A stretch of DNA of 63,776 nt from the NCBI GenBank assembly GCA_000708835.1, contig DF237477.1, forward strand, positions 1-63,776, read 5' to 3'. The notes below the pieces were generated by a model that did not search any database, was not told the DNA's origin, and was given only the letters and a program-made list of their open reading frames with translations. Shown here piece by piece: positions 22,690-35,300 of this stretch (its first letter is position 1; every line of letters begins with the position of its first letter). Origin of the DNA: Klebsormidium nitens. Its lineage: Eukaryota > Plantae > Klebsormidiophyceae. The translations under genes and the position numbers were made by a program.

Positions 22690-23236
22690 CCGGAGCGGAG
22701 CCTCAGGACGCCATTATTGGTATCCTTTATCGGTAAGGTTCGTAACGGGTGGGGAAGACCATTATACGTTTGACTCATGCGAGTCGGCAAGGGAACGGTC
22801 GTAAGCGCTTGATCTTTATTATTGTTTATTGGACCTGGCCGTGACATGACTAGGACATTCATTCGAGACATGCAGCCAGTATGATCAGACTGTAAGACGA
22901 GACTCCAGAAGAATGTAAATAGATAGTGGTCTAGGAGGGACACAAAGGCTGATTGCGGATGTCAGAACCGTCGCTGACCTTCGCTCACGCTCTTTGCAAG
23001 TTTGTCATCAAAGTAGGTTAGTTCAACCCAGGCCCGGCAAAGGAACGGTACGTTACAGGCCGTCAGCCTTTCGGCCTCTAGTTATGGAGCCTTCGGCCTA
23101 ATGTGCAGGCTAGGCTAGTAGAAATCAGCAAGGCCAGCCTGTCTTCCTGATTTTGGTCGGCATGATGTTGAACCGAGGATCTTTTGCGTCATGTCTAATC
23201 AGAAAGGAGGGACTGTTGCTTTTTAAATTTTATTCA

Positions 23237-23284
23237 TCAGTCAGTCATGGACTTCAGTCAGTCATGGACTTCAGTCATGGTCTT
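23237..23284. repeat. Short tandem repeat, 17-bp unit TCAGTCAGTCATGGACT x2 plus a partial copy
   Basis: Read directly from the sequence. Confidence 0.8.
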
Positions 23285-24419
23285 CATTGTTGCAACGAAT
23301 TTTGACGTGATATCATAATCTGGCTCAGGCCAGACCGTGTTGATTCCATGCTATAGTCCGATCAAGTTCATGCAAGTGCGAAAATGGTCTGCATCATTGT
23401 AAATGATCGGATAGGATTCGACGATGATTGGACTCATGTAAGACACCATGAATCATGTATACACGCCATCGAAGACTCCATGCTTCATTGAAGCCGCCGC
23501 ATGCGCGCGGTCACTTACCATGCGCGCGGCCGGTTACGTATACTGAGCTAGCCGGCCAGCTATGGAGCGGCCGCCACGCGGGCCATTGAACGACCTGAGC
23601 GCGGCGGTACATGTGATACCAACGTCCATGTGTGGACGTACGCGTCGGACAGCGCGCGCAACGCTCATGCAGGCTGCCCTTTAAAAATGACACGATGATC
23701 TGATGGTGCTGATATTTGTACGTCCGACGAAAGAAGTACGCATATCCCCGAAATCGGATCTGATTCGAGCTGCCGCCTGCACGTGAGGACTCGATTCCTT
23801 TCTTGGCTGAGAGTCGATCGGACGAGTTTTATCTTGTCCGCATGCAAGCTAGCTAGTTGAGATTCCAACATGCCATGGGCCTAAGGATCTAAAGTGCATG
23901 TTTTTCGTGGTTCGATCTGGTACTTCTTGCAAGTTTGAGACTGTATGGCAGCGATTAGTGGATGCAGCAGACAGATCATGACCAACCTATCCGAGTCGAT
24001 CAACGGCACTCGTCCTACCAATCAAGCGGGCGCCAGCTGCAGATTCAGACTTGCAGAAGGAGTTTGCAAAAGGGAAGCCCAGCCTCTTCTTTGCCAGCCT
24101 GTCATACACAAAGTGATTGAGTGAATCGAAGGGTCGATATTTTGACGTGGTTCGCTCAGTCACTGTCAGGTTCGTTGTCTATATATCAAAGTGGTCTTCT
24201 TCTCTATCCTTGCCTTTCTACCGTAATTGCCAGTACTACTTTTACAATTTGACGATGCGAATCTATGCTTCATTGTAGTCTCTATGATCTGTCTTTTGGA
24301 TGCTATGAATGCACTTATCAGTTCTGCAGTCTCAGTTTCTGATGTTGGTAGTTATCTGCTCAGGAAAAGGCTGAAACATATGCAGTAATCTTTCTTCCCA
24401 CTCCCTCAGACTGCATTTT

Positions 24420-27400
24420 AAAATCTCTCCCTTCCTTCACGAGTCTCATTGGATCCTCCCCCCTTGCACCCGCTTGAAGACAGGTCGGCCCCGGGTTGAG
24501 ACGCCCCTACCCTCAGCCGCTTGCGCTTCAGGATTCGTGCCTGTCTGTGAAGCTAGAGGCTGCGCAAAACGCGCTCCAGGCCTGGGCGTTTTACCAATCG
24601 GCTGGCTGGCTCCCCGGGGGCGTGGCGGAAGGCCGGTTCCGCTGCGCGAGTTGACCGGAAGTGCTCCGAATCCTGTTCCGGGCGCTCTTGGGGGGCTAAA
24701 CACCCGGGAGCCGCTTCCGCTGCCGAAGCCGTCCGAAGCGGTACCCACCGGGGGCCGGAACGCAGGCTGCAGCCCGGTGAAGTGAAGCGGAGGCCGTCCA
24801 TCGGGCTGAACGGAAGACAAATTTGAAGATTAGTGAAACAGCTTCATAGGAACTGCCTTTTCAAGCTTATCGCAAGAGCTAGGAAAGGAGAAACATTTGA
24901 TCGCCATTCGATAGTGCACAATGTCTGCACGATCGGTTTGTATGAGTCTGAATGAGAGAATCCATACAGATCTTCGTGAGGTAAAGCTTTGAAGGCCAGA
25001 CAAAATCTTGGTGGGAATACGAGTGGTCGAAAGCTCACTCTTCCAGGTTGCGCCGAAGGATCGGAATAAGCCAGCGTTGGGCGGGGAGCGGACGGGCCGC
25101 CCAAAGCGTTTCCAAGCGCGTAACCCTGCCTCCTGACCGTACCCAAACCGGATGATCTGAAAAAGACGCTATTACCTGTGGTATTTTTGTCGAGCGGCCC
25201 CAGACTCGAGATCATGCCTCCATTCCCGAAATTCCAAGGGTATTTGTGATGACGGGAATACTGGATGGCTCAATGATTTTACTCTCAGATAAGGGTGAAG
25301 CAAGAAGCATGAATGATCTGCTCCATGATCGAGCAGATTTGGAACCTTGCCAGAGATCCGCAAAAAAGCATCAGGATCGCTCCGCTCTAAGTCAAACTTC
25401 ATTCTGCAGATTTTCAATCCAATCAGGTGCTCTGAATACAAAGCTGCCGCGACTGACCTGAAGCTCACGCTGCTGTTCACCATCTCGGACACCTTCTGAT
25501 GGATGCCTCGCTCGTGCTCGAACGGACTGTAGTCACAGACTTCCAACTGAACGGAGAAGTCTCAAGTCAAATACGAGTTTTGCTTGCTTCTGTTGGGGAC
25601 CACTTTGCAGAGGAGCGGATTGCCAAGTTGGCATGTAGGAGGTTCTGCTTTTGCTCAGAGGAAAATGCACATGGAGAGAGGCTGAGTCAGCACCTACTTT
25701 CTTGAGCGACCTGGCGACTTCCTGGACAGCCGCAGCCGGAAGCGGAGTCGATGAGCTCGAAGGCTTTGGCAGCACCTCCTCGGACCCAGCAATCCTCTGC
25801 ATCATCCCACTCAAACTTTCACTATGAAAACAGCGTCTTTCTTAGAAGAAGAACAGCGAGTGTCATCGAGGCTAAGCTGAATATATATGAGAAGTGATAT
25901 ACCAGAGTTCCTGCGGATTGTTTCGTCTGAGCATGACCAAGCAGAACGCAAAACGCTCAAGGCGGTGCGCCATACGACAAAAAACACACGATCGACAGTG
26001 GAGATTCTTACCCGCATCAGGAGGGATCCCTCTCCGGATGGAGTCAGCAGGTAGCTTTGTGGAAGAGGCGATTCTTCTCCAGAATCGACGAGGTACTTCG
26101 ACCGAACGAAAAGTCCATTGTCAAGATCCTGAAGTGCCTCGCAGACGGATAGAAACACTGCAAAGAGAGAAGCTGTAACTTTATTTCTGAAGACGAAATC
26201 AGGTCAAGCAAAAGCACTGCACTCGCTGACGTTGGTCCTTCTCCAGGTAAAACTTGGATAAAAACCTGCATAAGCTTCAGGGATCATGGCTAAGATCGCA
26301 CACAATGCAAGCAAGCAGGAAAAATTACAAGGGATGGAAAGTCTCAGAAGAAAAGTAGTTTTGATTACCTTTCTCATTCCAGATGAGGGGGTCCATGCCG
26401 GTCATGGGGTCGAACTCGAGATCGGAAGACGCCGTCACCGTCAAAGGATCTCCAAAAAGTAAAACTGCATGTATAGATAGCGAACCGTCCCTAGGAAGAT
26501 CTTCAGGCAAACAAAGGTAAAGGCGATTCACGGAGGCAGACCCCAAGTCAGATTACAGCAGCGTACAAAGACGAGAGGACAACCTGAATCTATCAGAATT
26601 TCCCCCAGGCTCACGAATGCTTCTTGACAGAGCAATCGAGATGCTTCCTTGAGCAATAGTCTTACCTTCATCCAAGGTGCTCAGATTGATCAGCTTCACA
26701 ACTTGGATCTCCATCTTCTCAGAGTGGCTTGTCGCTAGTGCACGGCTCCCAGAAGTATCCCTTGTCGGAGGCATATGCAAGACAGTGTCGGCCCCAATCT
26801 GAACGCTGTCGGAGTCGCAGTCTCGCTCATCGAGATGCTGAGCAGTGACTGGGCAGCAGAGAACTTCGGATCCCGAAAGCAGAGGACTACCAAGTATTGC
26901 GCCGTGACATCTGCATGTCTGCAGAGAAGGGGATTTCTGTTTAGAACCATCAGAATGCAAATGAAATGTTCGCGTGATACTTAGAATGTTCAAAAGCGAT
27001 TTGAGCAGCGGTTTCCGCAGATTCGAAATCCTGCTTACCGCTTCGAATAGCACGTACAAAAAGCAGGACGAAAAGTCAACAAAAAATCTGCAGCATACGG
27101 GCGGTAACCTCTCAAAGGAAGAGCAGCTGGAGGCTTACCTTGACCGGACCAATCGCTGGCGACAGCCGAAGGAGGCTTGCACTAACGGAAACGTGGATTG
27201 TTGACGTGGTTTGTGCCAGGACCCGTGGAAAACTGAGCGTCGCGGATCGTCTCTTGAGCCTTCCGCTTTGCACGAGAAGCTGAAGCCACGCTTTTGCCAA
27301 TGCATCAAGCGGCACCGGTTCTGTAAATTGAAAAGGAACGTGGTGAGCAAAAGCAGTCTTTTCAAACGGAAGCCCTATCAATAAAGGTCACTCTCAAACA
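24420..27400 (-). pseudogene. Probable decayed multi-exon gene of unknown family
   Basis: A chain of minus-strand coding-like segments with plausible splice signals: ...LLRLSPAIGPVK|GTAAGC (~27140), ...KLINLSTLDE|GTAAGA (~26665), and TTCAG|CCCGATGGA (~24805) opening a Pro/Gly-rich segment. Stops and frameshifts interrupt the frames, and I recognise no domain. Confidence 0.3.
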
Positions 27401-30400
27401 CAGCGGTTGAGCTAAAGATTACTTTAGGAGATTTTCAAGAGGACTGTCGACATCAAAACGTTGTGCCTGCAGGTTTAAGGCGGCTGAGAGTCTTTGATGA
27501 AGGTCGCCGTGCCAGCAACTCGTATACAAATGTCTGCAGCTTTACTGCCTACCCACTGGAAGACGCTCCATTTTGCAATTCTCGAACTCAGCGATAGCGA
27601 TCACAGCTTCTGACAAAGCGCGGTTGTGTTGTTCATGAGGTTGAGATTCGCCATCTGGCTGTTGATCTGGAATGTGCTCGGTGTGGACAAAGTCTATGCT
27701 CGTGTTCTTGTCCGCAGCCACCTGGCAAGGTCAAAAGCAGATCAAAATTTTCTTGCTCGATTGACAACAGATTGTGTTTTTTAACGACGTGAAAAAGGAT
27801 ATGAAGTGATGGGAGGCAGCACCATGTATTTCAGGTTCTTGATGCTATCGTGCGTAGAGTTCTGCTTCACAAGTGCACTTAGGGAAGGCTAAAAAATCTT
27901 CGATCGCTGAGAGGCACAGATTCTTGTGTCAGTTGATCTCTTACCTGAAGGAAGGACCGAAGCGAGTCAGCACCCTCGAGGAATTGGTCTATTATGTAGA
28001 TTATCCGCCTTTCCGCTGCACCGTCAGAACTCCAGACATGCGTGTATCTTTCTCCAGGTAGAAGTGCACTTAGGCAGGATACTGCAGAAACATACTGCTT
28101 CTCGTTACTTTTCAGCTTCAAAACGTTTTGAAACTCTCGTTCTCAGATGCCTTCAACGAGCAAGAGCAGGAGCAGATTGCAATGTCCTAAAGTTGAATGA
28201 TCTTGACATCGAAGCAAGCATATAAACACCAGCAGCATGGCGACCATCCTTTCTCACTTCTTGGAACATATCAAACCTGGCTCAAGTCAGGAATCCTGAT
28301 GATCTATGATCTACTCACCGTGCTTGTTCTCGAGGACTTGAGCGAGAGGAGTACCACTTTGAAACATATTCGCGTTCCCCCGTTTTTGTGAGAGAGTATT
28401 TATAGCTGTGTGGTATTCTTTCAGGTTGAATAATCCATCGTACCTTGAATAAAGCAACTCTACCTGCAAGGGGTGCAGAATACATACTTTTCAGAAACTC
28501 AAAATGCCGCACCTAAAAGCCTGCAAAAGTGCCTTTATTGGGACACCTGAGCTTAGGAATCAACAGTCCATTTTCACCCCTACGTCAGATGATTTCTTTT
28601 TCGTTTGTCAGAATCAGAAGCATAAGTACTAGTGGCATGTTTGTAGAGGGTGAGCAAGCTAACCTCGTAGGCGAATTCGCCAGGATTCCAGGTTGTGTAG
28701 CAAACAGAGAGTCTAGAGGTCGAAGACTCCAGCTTTTCCAGCACGATCAGATTTGCCAGCCTCTGCAAGCACTGCCATCCAAAATGGTCCTTTCAAGTCA
28801 GACGTAGGCAGTCGTCATTTTGCACAACACCGGAAAGAACTTATTACATACTGCCCTCTTCAAGGATTGGCGATACAGCATAGTGATACTGCTTCAGAAG
28901 TTCCGTCAGTTTGGAATACTTGCTGCTCAGAAGTTCCATCAAGAAAAGAATGATATGTACTGCAGGTCTGATAAGCTGGTCAGAACGTTATTTCGAGCCC
29001 GAAAGATCGAAGTTCTCGCCAGTCATCTTCTTACCTCTTCAAGCACGAGAGTAGCTCTTGAATCCAGCGTGCAGACATCCACCACAATGCATAGGTCAGC
29101 CATTCTCTAGAAGGACCTTAACCTAAGGATGCAGTGCTCTTCTAGTGCTTGGCCTCAGAGATCAAGGGTCCCTCGTGTCTCTTTGTTCGCTTTTCCTGAC
29201 AGAGGCTCTTTATGCACACCAACTCGGTCATACCTCGTGACTTCTTTGGGCTCACAGGGTTTGCCTCACGGGTGACCTTTACGATAAAAATAAGCAGCCC
29301 GCCCTCTGTGACGCTTACAATCTCCTGAATTTTGGTGCGCACATATGCCCAGATCCAATTGAAGCTTTACCTTCCTGGACGTCTAGAAGCTAGTCACCAA
29401 CCCTCCTCTGTTGCTGATCTGCTGGGACTATATATCAATGCTTCGCCTCTTGGAACTTGCAAGGCCCCCAATGACCCCTGTTTCGCGACGAAGCGCTACA
29501 GCGCTCTGAGTTCTCGAAGGACATGAGCCGAAACTTTCAGCCTGCAAGGCTGCGCAGGGGACCACTTCCGTCCCGAATTCATTCTCTCAGCCTCCAAAAC
29601 CGCTTCTTCTGGAAGGACAATTGTAAATTGACTGGATGCCCAGCCACCTACCTAATCTTACAGCAACTTGTACGGAGAAGTTTGATCGATGTTGCAATCG
29701 ATCCCGCGCTGCATACTCCCAAGTAGCTCAAATGCCAGCCTCATCAATTGTCGCGTCGCTGGGTTTTTGATGGGACCGAAAAAAAAAACCGAATTTTCCC
29801 GCGCCTGACCAAACGACGCAACAGCAAGGCGAGCTGCACTCTTCAGATGTGCAATTCAGGCAGATATGCTTGGGAAGGCAAAGTTTGAATTGAGCAGGGC
29901 CGGGGAACCGAGGCGCACGCGCACGCTGCCTCAAGGCTGGGAAGGCAAGCCTTTGATGTGACCGGAAACAAACTTCCGGGCCGAATCCTCTGACACCTGC
30001 TTCCTCTGCGGCACGCGCCTTCACACGGTTCACATGCACCAGCTCGTCGCTGATCTGGGTGAGATTGGGTTAGCAGCACCTGACCGTGAAAGCTTAAATT
30101 CTGGTCGTCTTAAGCTTTCACGGTCAGGTTTTGCTAACCCAGGTCCTGACCAGCAGATCAGACAGGTTTATCACATTTTCCTCTGGGTGGATGAAACCTT
30201 TGGACAGCAGTTTGACATCAAGTGTCATGCCGGGTCGACTTGGCAACGTAAGAATGCATGAGTCATGTCAAACTTCAAAGGAGTGCTTTCCACGAACATT
30301 CATCGGTCAAGTCGCCGTTCAAATAAGCACAACGAGACTTCAAGTTGATGCATCGCGAATCTCGCGCGCATGCGCAAGGACGCTTACAGCCATCCAAACC

Positions 30401-30626
30401 CATCATGATAAAGAGTGCGCGTGCACTCAGGGCACAGGACCACTTATTGCATGAGGCGTAAGAAGATTCTGAAGCATCTCCTTGCGAGGAAGTCTGCAGC
30501 AGCTGTAGCGCGAAAGGGTTCGTGCTAAATAATGGATTCAAAGCGCATAAGGTCATGTTTGAAGCGCGCTAGTAACAGGCTCCTCTGTAGACTCCAGAAG
30601 AAGTAATTATAAGCAGGTGCCAGAGC

Positions 30627-32307
30627 GTGAGCCTTTCAAACGGAATCTTATGGGGTCCATTGGAAGAAAGGTTCAAGCACATGCATCAGGGAAACCGGAG
30701 CATGATCATCAGCAAAGAGCCATACCTAGAGATCAAGTTTCAAGTTTTGATGACCTCGCTCAGGCGTGTTGAACTCCATACTGACCTGCGCATCAAATAC
30801 GCGGAAAATGGCAGGCGGCGTGGACATGGAACAGTACAGATCGTGCGAAAGCTGAAGTCAGAGCGCGCAGAAGAAGTCACGGAAGCCTTGCAGACCTTCG
30901 CATATAGATCAGTCTCATCCAAGTCAAGGGAAACGACAATTCTGCAGGAGCGAGCTCACACTTATAGAGAACGTATACGTGAAGCTGCTGAGGCAGACGT
31001 TCTGCTGTCCGCCAGATAAGGAAGGGAAAGAAGAGCAAGAAAGACTAGGATTCACGAAGCGCGATGCGGATCTCCTAAGAGGTTCATCCACCCAGGCAAT
31101 CCTGCACATGGCTCGATCGAAGGTTGTAGCCGAATTTTTAACGGCACACTCTGGAGCCAGTGAGATGCTCTACAACATTCTCCTCACAATCATCGACCAC
31201 GAGATCATCTCAAAAATGTATCAAGAGTCAAGCAGTTCCACTCTAAATCAATTGCTGGACGTTTTCTTGGGCTTGGTGTCTTTCGTGCGAACCAGCAGAG
31301 GATTCAGAAGCTTCCTCGTAACTCGCGGCGAGGTCATGAAGTCCGCTAAGCGGATCTTCACACCCGAATTCTCAAGAATGGCAGGTTCAGCAGGTAAGGT
31401 CTCCAGTATCAGAGAGACCATAGCTCTGTTTTTGTCGATGACATCGAGATATCCAGAGACCCACGTACGACTGGTTGATTGATCAAGGAATAGTAGAACT
31501 CGTCTCTCAGATGTACAAGACGCAGCGACGCCTGAAGACCGGGGGAACAGAGTTACGAGATTCATTCGTTTCTTCTTCTCCAACATCATCTGGCAGGAGA
31601 TCGAATGGCAGAAGGAGGCTCAGAGAAACTGGAGCTTTCAATGAGCTGTCAAAGGTCTCTGCCCTGATTCAGAAAGCGCACTTCTCTCCTTTCTGGGTGT
31701 TTTTGGAGAGGGTTCCGCGAGACGGCGAGGAGTCGTGGCTTGGAGAGCCGGTCATTCTGAAGATTGCCAAAAGGATGCTGAACAAGGAAATCGCAGTCGC
31801 AGCCGTGTGCTCGTTCCCAGGATGCGACGCCGTGGAGGACTTCGAAGAGCCTTTCAGCGGATGTGCCCGCTGCTGCCGCGCCCCATACTGCAGGCGAGTG
31901 CAAACCAGACTTGCTCTATTGAATTCGTTGGGTAGAGAAAACTAATAACTTGTGCCTCTTCTAGAGCTCAAAGTCTTGATGTTCAGGGAAGACAGCTCAA
32001 AAATACGAACAACGTGAGAAGCGTTGAATACCAGCGCCTTCAGAAAGCAGATTCAGCGGTATACGGTACAAAGGGTTGACCAATCCCAAGGATGCTTGGA
32101 GGCGCATGTCTTTCCGTTTCAAGTCAAGGGATTTAAGAGATCCTGTTCGCTAATTGCTCTCTTGTATTCTTCTGCAGCAAGCAGCATCAAAAAGCGCACT
32201 GGCCCGCGCACAAAGAGCTGTGCCGCCCGCTGAAGAGCAGCCTTGTCAAGTTTCGCTGGACGTTAGATGAATCTACAAACATCGAATCCATTTCCTGTTC
32301 CTCGTAG
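30627..32307 (+). pseudogene. MYND-type zinc-finger protein gene, frameshifted (pseudogene or assembly errors)
   Basis: Three consecutive ORFs (30627-31019, 30979-31482, 31475-) end in CSFPGC...CARCCRAPYC. A GC-AG intron (31894-32177) leads to SKQHQKAHWPAHKELCRPL...* (stop 32305-32307), completing the MYND consensus CxxCxxxxYCSxxCQxxHWxxHKxxC. A 4-bp duplication (GTTGATTGATCAA, ~31477) explains one frameshift. Confidence 0.75.
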
Positions 32308-35300
32308 TTTGAGATTGCACCTTGATCTCCGGATTTCACGTTTTGCAGACGTCTTTGACCTGATTAGACGAGCCCGAAGTCTGAATGGCTCTAGTATTTA
32401 GAATCTGCTGTCATATAGCTGTACGTTTGCCTGCTAGCCGCTATTATTGAGCGGACCTAAGACTTCGGAATGTAACCATGTACGAGAAGAATGGATGTCA
32501 ACCTCTAGAATGCTTCATGAGTGACAATTGTTGCACAAGGAATGGCGGTTGAATCATACATAATTTGTCTGGACTCATGAATGATGTAGCGGCAGCATAA
32601 TGTGGATGTTGCGTCCGTGCATTTCTGGACTGTTCGAATGTGTGTCAAAGGAGTGACCAGAACGGTTCCGTTCTTCGAGCCCTTGGGTATCTCGGTTTGT
32701 AAACGGAAAGATCCTTCTTTACTCGAACTTCGTGTTGCGATCGTGTGCAATGAATGGTCATCATGCAGATTTGAAAGCAGCTTATCCGCGACGACGGATT
32801 GGGGCGCCAAACGACGCGCCCGGGGTGTCTTTGCGAAAGCGTCACAAGATAAGATGAAACGAGATTGCTGGAGTCCAAGATACCAGGAATGAGGTGGGCT
32901 TCTCCGATCCAATTGTTTCGTGTCGCAGGTGCGGGCCAGCTCGACCTATGAGGCTTCGAATAATATTGCATGACTTCTATGACTGCTCGCGGTAACGCCG
33001 CGGTATCTAGATCGACTAGACGGATGTTCATGCAGCTCATGAGCTAGCTACGCACACTATGATGAGCCTGATTTCAATATGGGCTGGGCTGATTTGTATT
33101 GAGGTCATGCGGGCTTATCATGCACGTAAGCTGGCCATCGCTGATTCAAGAACTCGATCGCCGTTTTCAGACATCATTGCGTCACCATGAACTTTTGGAA
33201 TAAGCTCGCCCTGATCATGCGGCATCGTTTTCATAGACAGGCATTTGTTCTGTGGACGTCATGAGCCGGCAAAGGAGTCATTCATGAATCATACAGATCT
33301 GGAGTTCCTTTGCAGCAAGCGAAAGAAGTGCATACGACTCGGATCTGAGCTTTTCGGGCTCGGTAACGTTCAAACGATGGTGTGCATGTCTTTAACTCAA
33401 GGGCTCCCGATGGTACTCTTCACCTGCTTCAAAACAATTCGTGATTCTGAATGATCATACCGTTTGGCACCTGATACAAATCTAGTACATTCTACAGCTC
33501 TAGGTGACTGGGAAACTGGTCATATAAAAAAAGCCATCTGGAAACCAGCATCTTATGGCTGCACGCCCTTCGAGTCCTTTCCAACCATTACGCTCGGGGA
33601 GAGCGCGGCGCCCCAGACCTTCCAGAAAGCTCCGCGGCATGAGAAAAACCTTCTGAACGGGACATCTGCACAAAACGGGTAGTATTTCAAGGGCCAATCT
33701 GGCCGATGCTTACAGCACTCGATGGCAGCCTCTGTCATTGGTCACGCGAGACTCTTTTGGTAGAGGCAAATCCACTTATAAGAGCATGAGTTCTGTTTCT
33801 TAAGCAAGCTGCGGACGGGCAACTGAAGGACATAAGGGCCGTCAAGTTGGGTCCATTCAGCTATTCGTTGAATGTAGTCCTCGATTTCCCTCTCCAAGTT
33901 GGCTTACGGTTCGGGAGAAGGAGCTCCAGCAATGAAAAAGTGAGCTCACGTGTTTTTAGGTATACGCACAGGAAAAACTCAAGCGGACCCAAGTAGGCAA
34001 ATGATCAGGCAAAATGCCGGAAACTCACCACTCACAGGTACCCATTGCGACTTGACGTCTAGCCTCCTTGGTGGAAACCCGGTGCTCGCGAAATGCTGCA
34101 CTCGAGTTCAATCAGCGTGCAAAAAGAGCCCGCCAAAGTTTCCGCTAAGCAGAGCATCTAGCATTAGCACGTAGGAGGTCGAGGCCGACACCCGGAGAAA
34201 TGATGCACTCTGCTCGTCAGCGCGCGGCGCAACAAAACGAGACTTTGCTTACGACAACGGTGAAATCAAGACGCCGAGAAGCGCGCTGAAAGACAAACGA
34301 CACGTGGCTTACCGATGGATACGTGGCTCAACCAGCGCCAGAGTACACCTGGCTTACCTGGTGACGTGTGCGAGTCCTGGGTCATCATGTTCACCCCTGT
34401 CCTTCCTTCAGAACGATCGTATTCTCCTGCAATTTGAAAGCGTTTCAATAGAGCAACACTGTGGTCGAACTTTTGGTGCTTGCCCTGCCTGGCATTGGTC
34501 CGCTGCCATTTTCTCTCAGGGCCTAAGAATCACGTCGTGGGCGTTCTAAAGCCGCGGGAAACCAGGATCTCAAAATGGTATACAACAATATGTTTTTCAA
34601 AGCCAGAATATTCCGTTATCAAGGATGATCCGTTTTCAGGATCAGGATGAGATCAAGCGAGTTCTGCTGAGGATTCACCACCAACTGGACAATTCGACTT
34701 TCCCAGTGCCCAGATCGTCCTTGACCTCCGAGGGATGCCAGGAAGCACTTGAAATGTAGAAGCCCTGCATAAAAGTTCTGCCGTCAAAAGCTCTACTCAT
34801 GATCGTGTCTTCGATTGGCTTCTGGGCGCCAACGTCGCATGTCGCAGCGCAGAGTTGCGTGGCCTCGCCGCGGCGCAGAGGTCGAGGACGCGGCCGCACA
34901 CTCACGGATTGCGCGCGCATGTACCCTCAGTGGCGCACGGCTAGGCCGCAACTTAGCGAACGTGACTGCCTCGCCCACTCTCATCCTGGCATGAGACTGA
35001 GCGGGCCACTTGGCGGCCGTCCGCGGTCCTTCAGGCGACGCGACTGGCGCACTCGGCGTACTCGGATCCTAAAGTTTGCGCGCGCACAAGCGCCGCGGCT
35101 CTGCCGCGGCCGGGCGCGAGCACAGGCGCCGCTTCGTGTCACTATGCTGCAAGCATGTACCAGCAGCGCGCGCGGCCGCGCGAGCAGCGCACGAACGACG
35201 GGCAGCGCTTCTGGAGGTCTTTCCAGAGATCCAACATTCTCGGCGAAGAGCAAGGCGAGTTGTGTTTCCGAAGAGGCGGGCATAATTGTGGAGATAGAGA

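Noticed and set aside
16400-22700. Functional HRQ1-UreG linkage (operon-like)
   Set aside because: Adjacent same-strand eukaryotic genes with unrelated functions; nothing in the sequence supports co-regulation.
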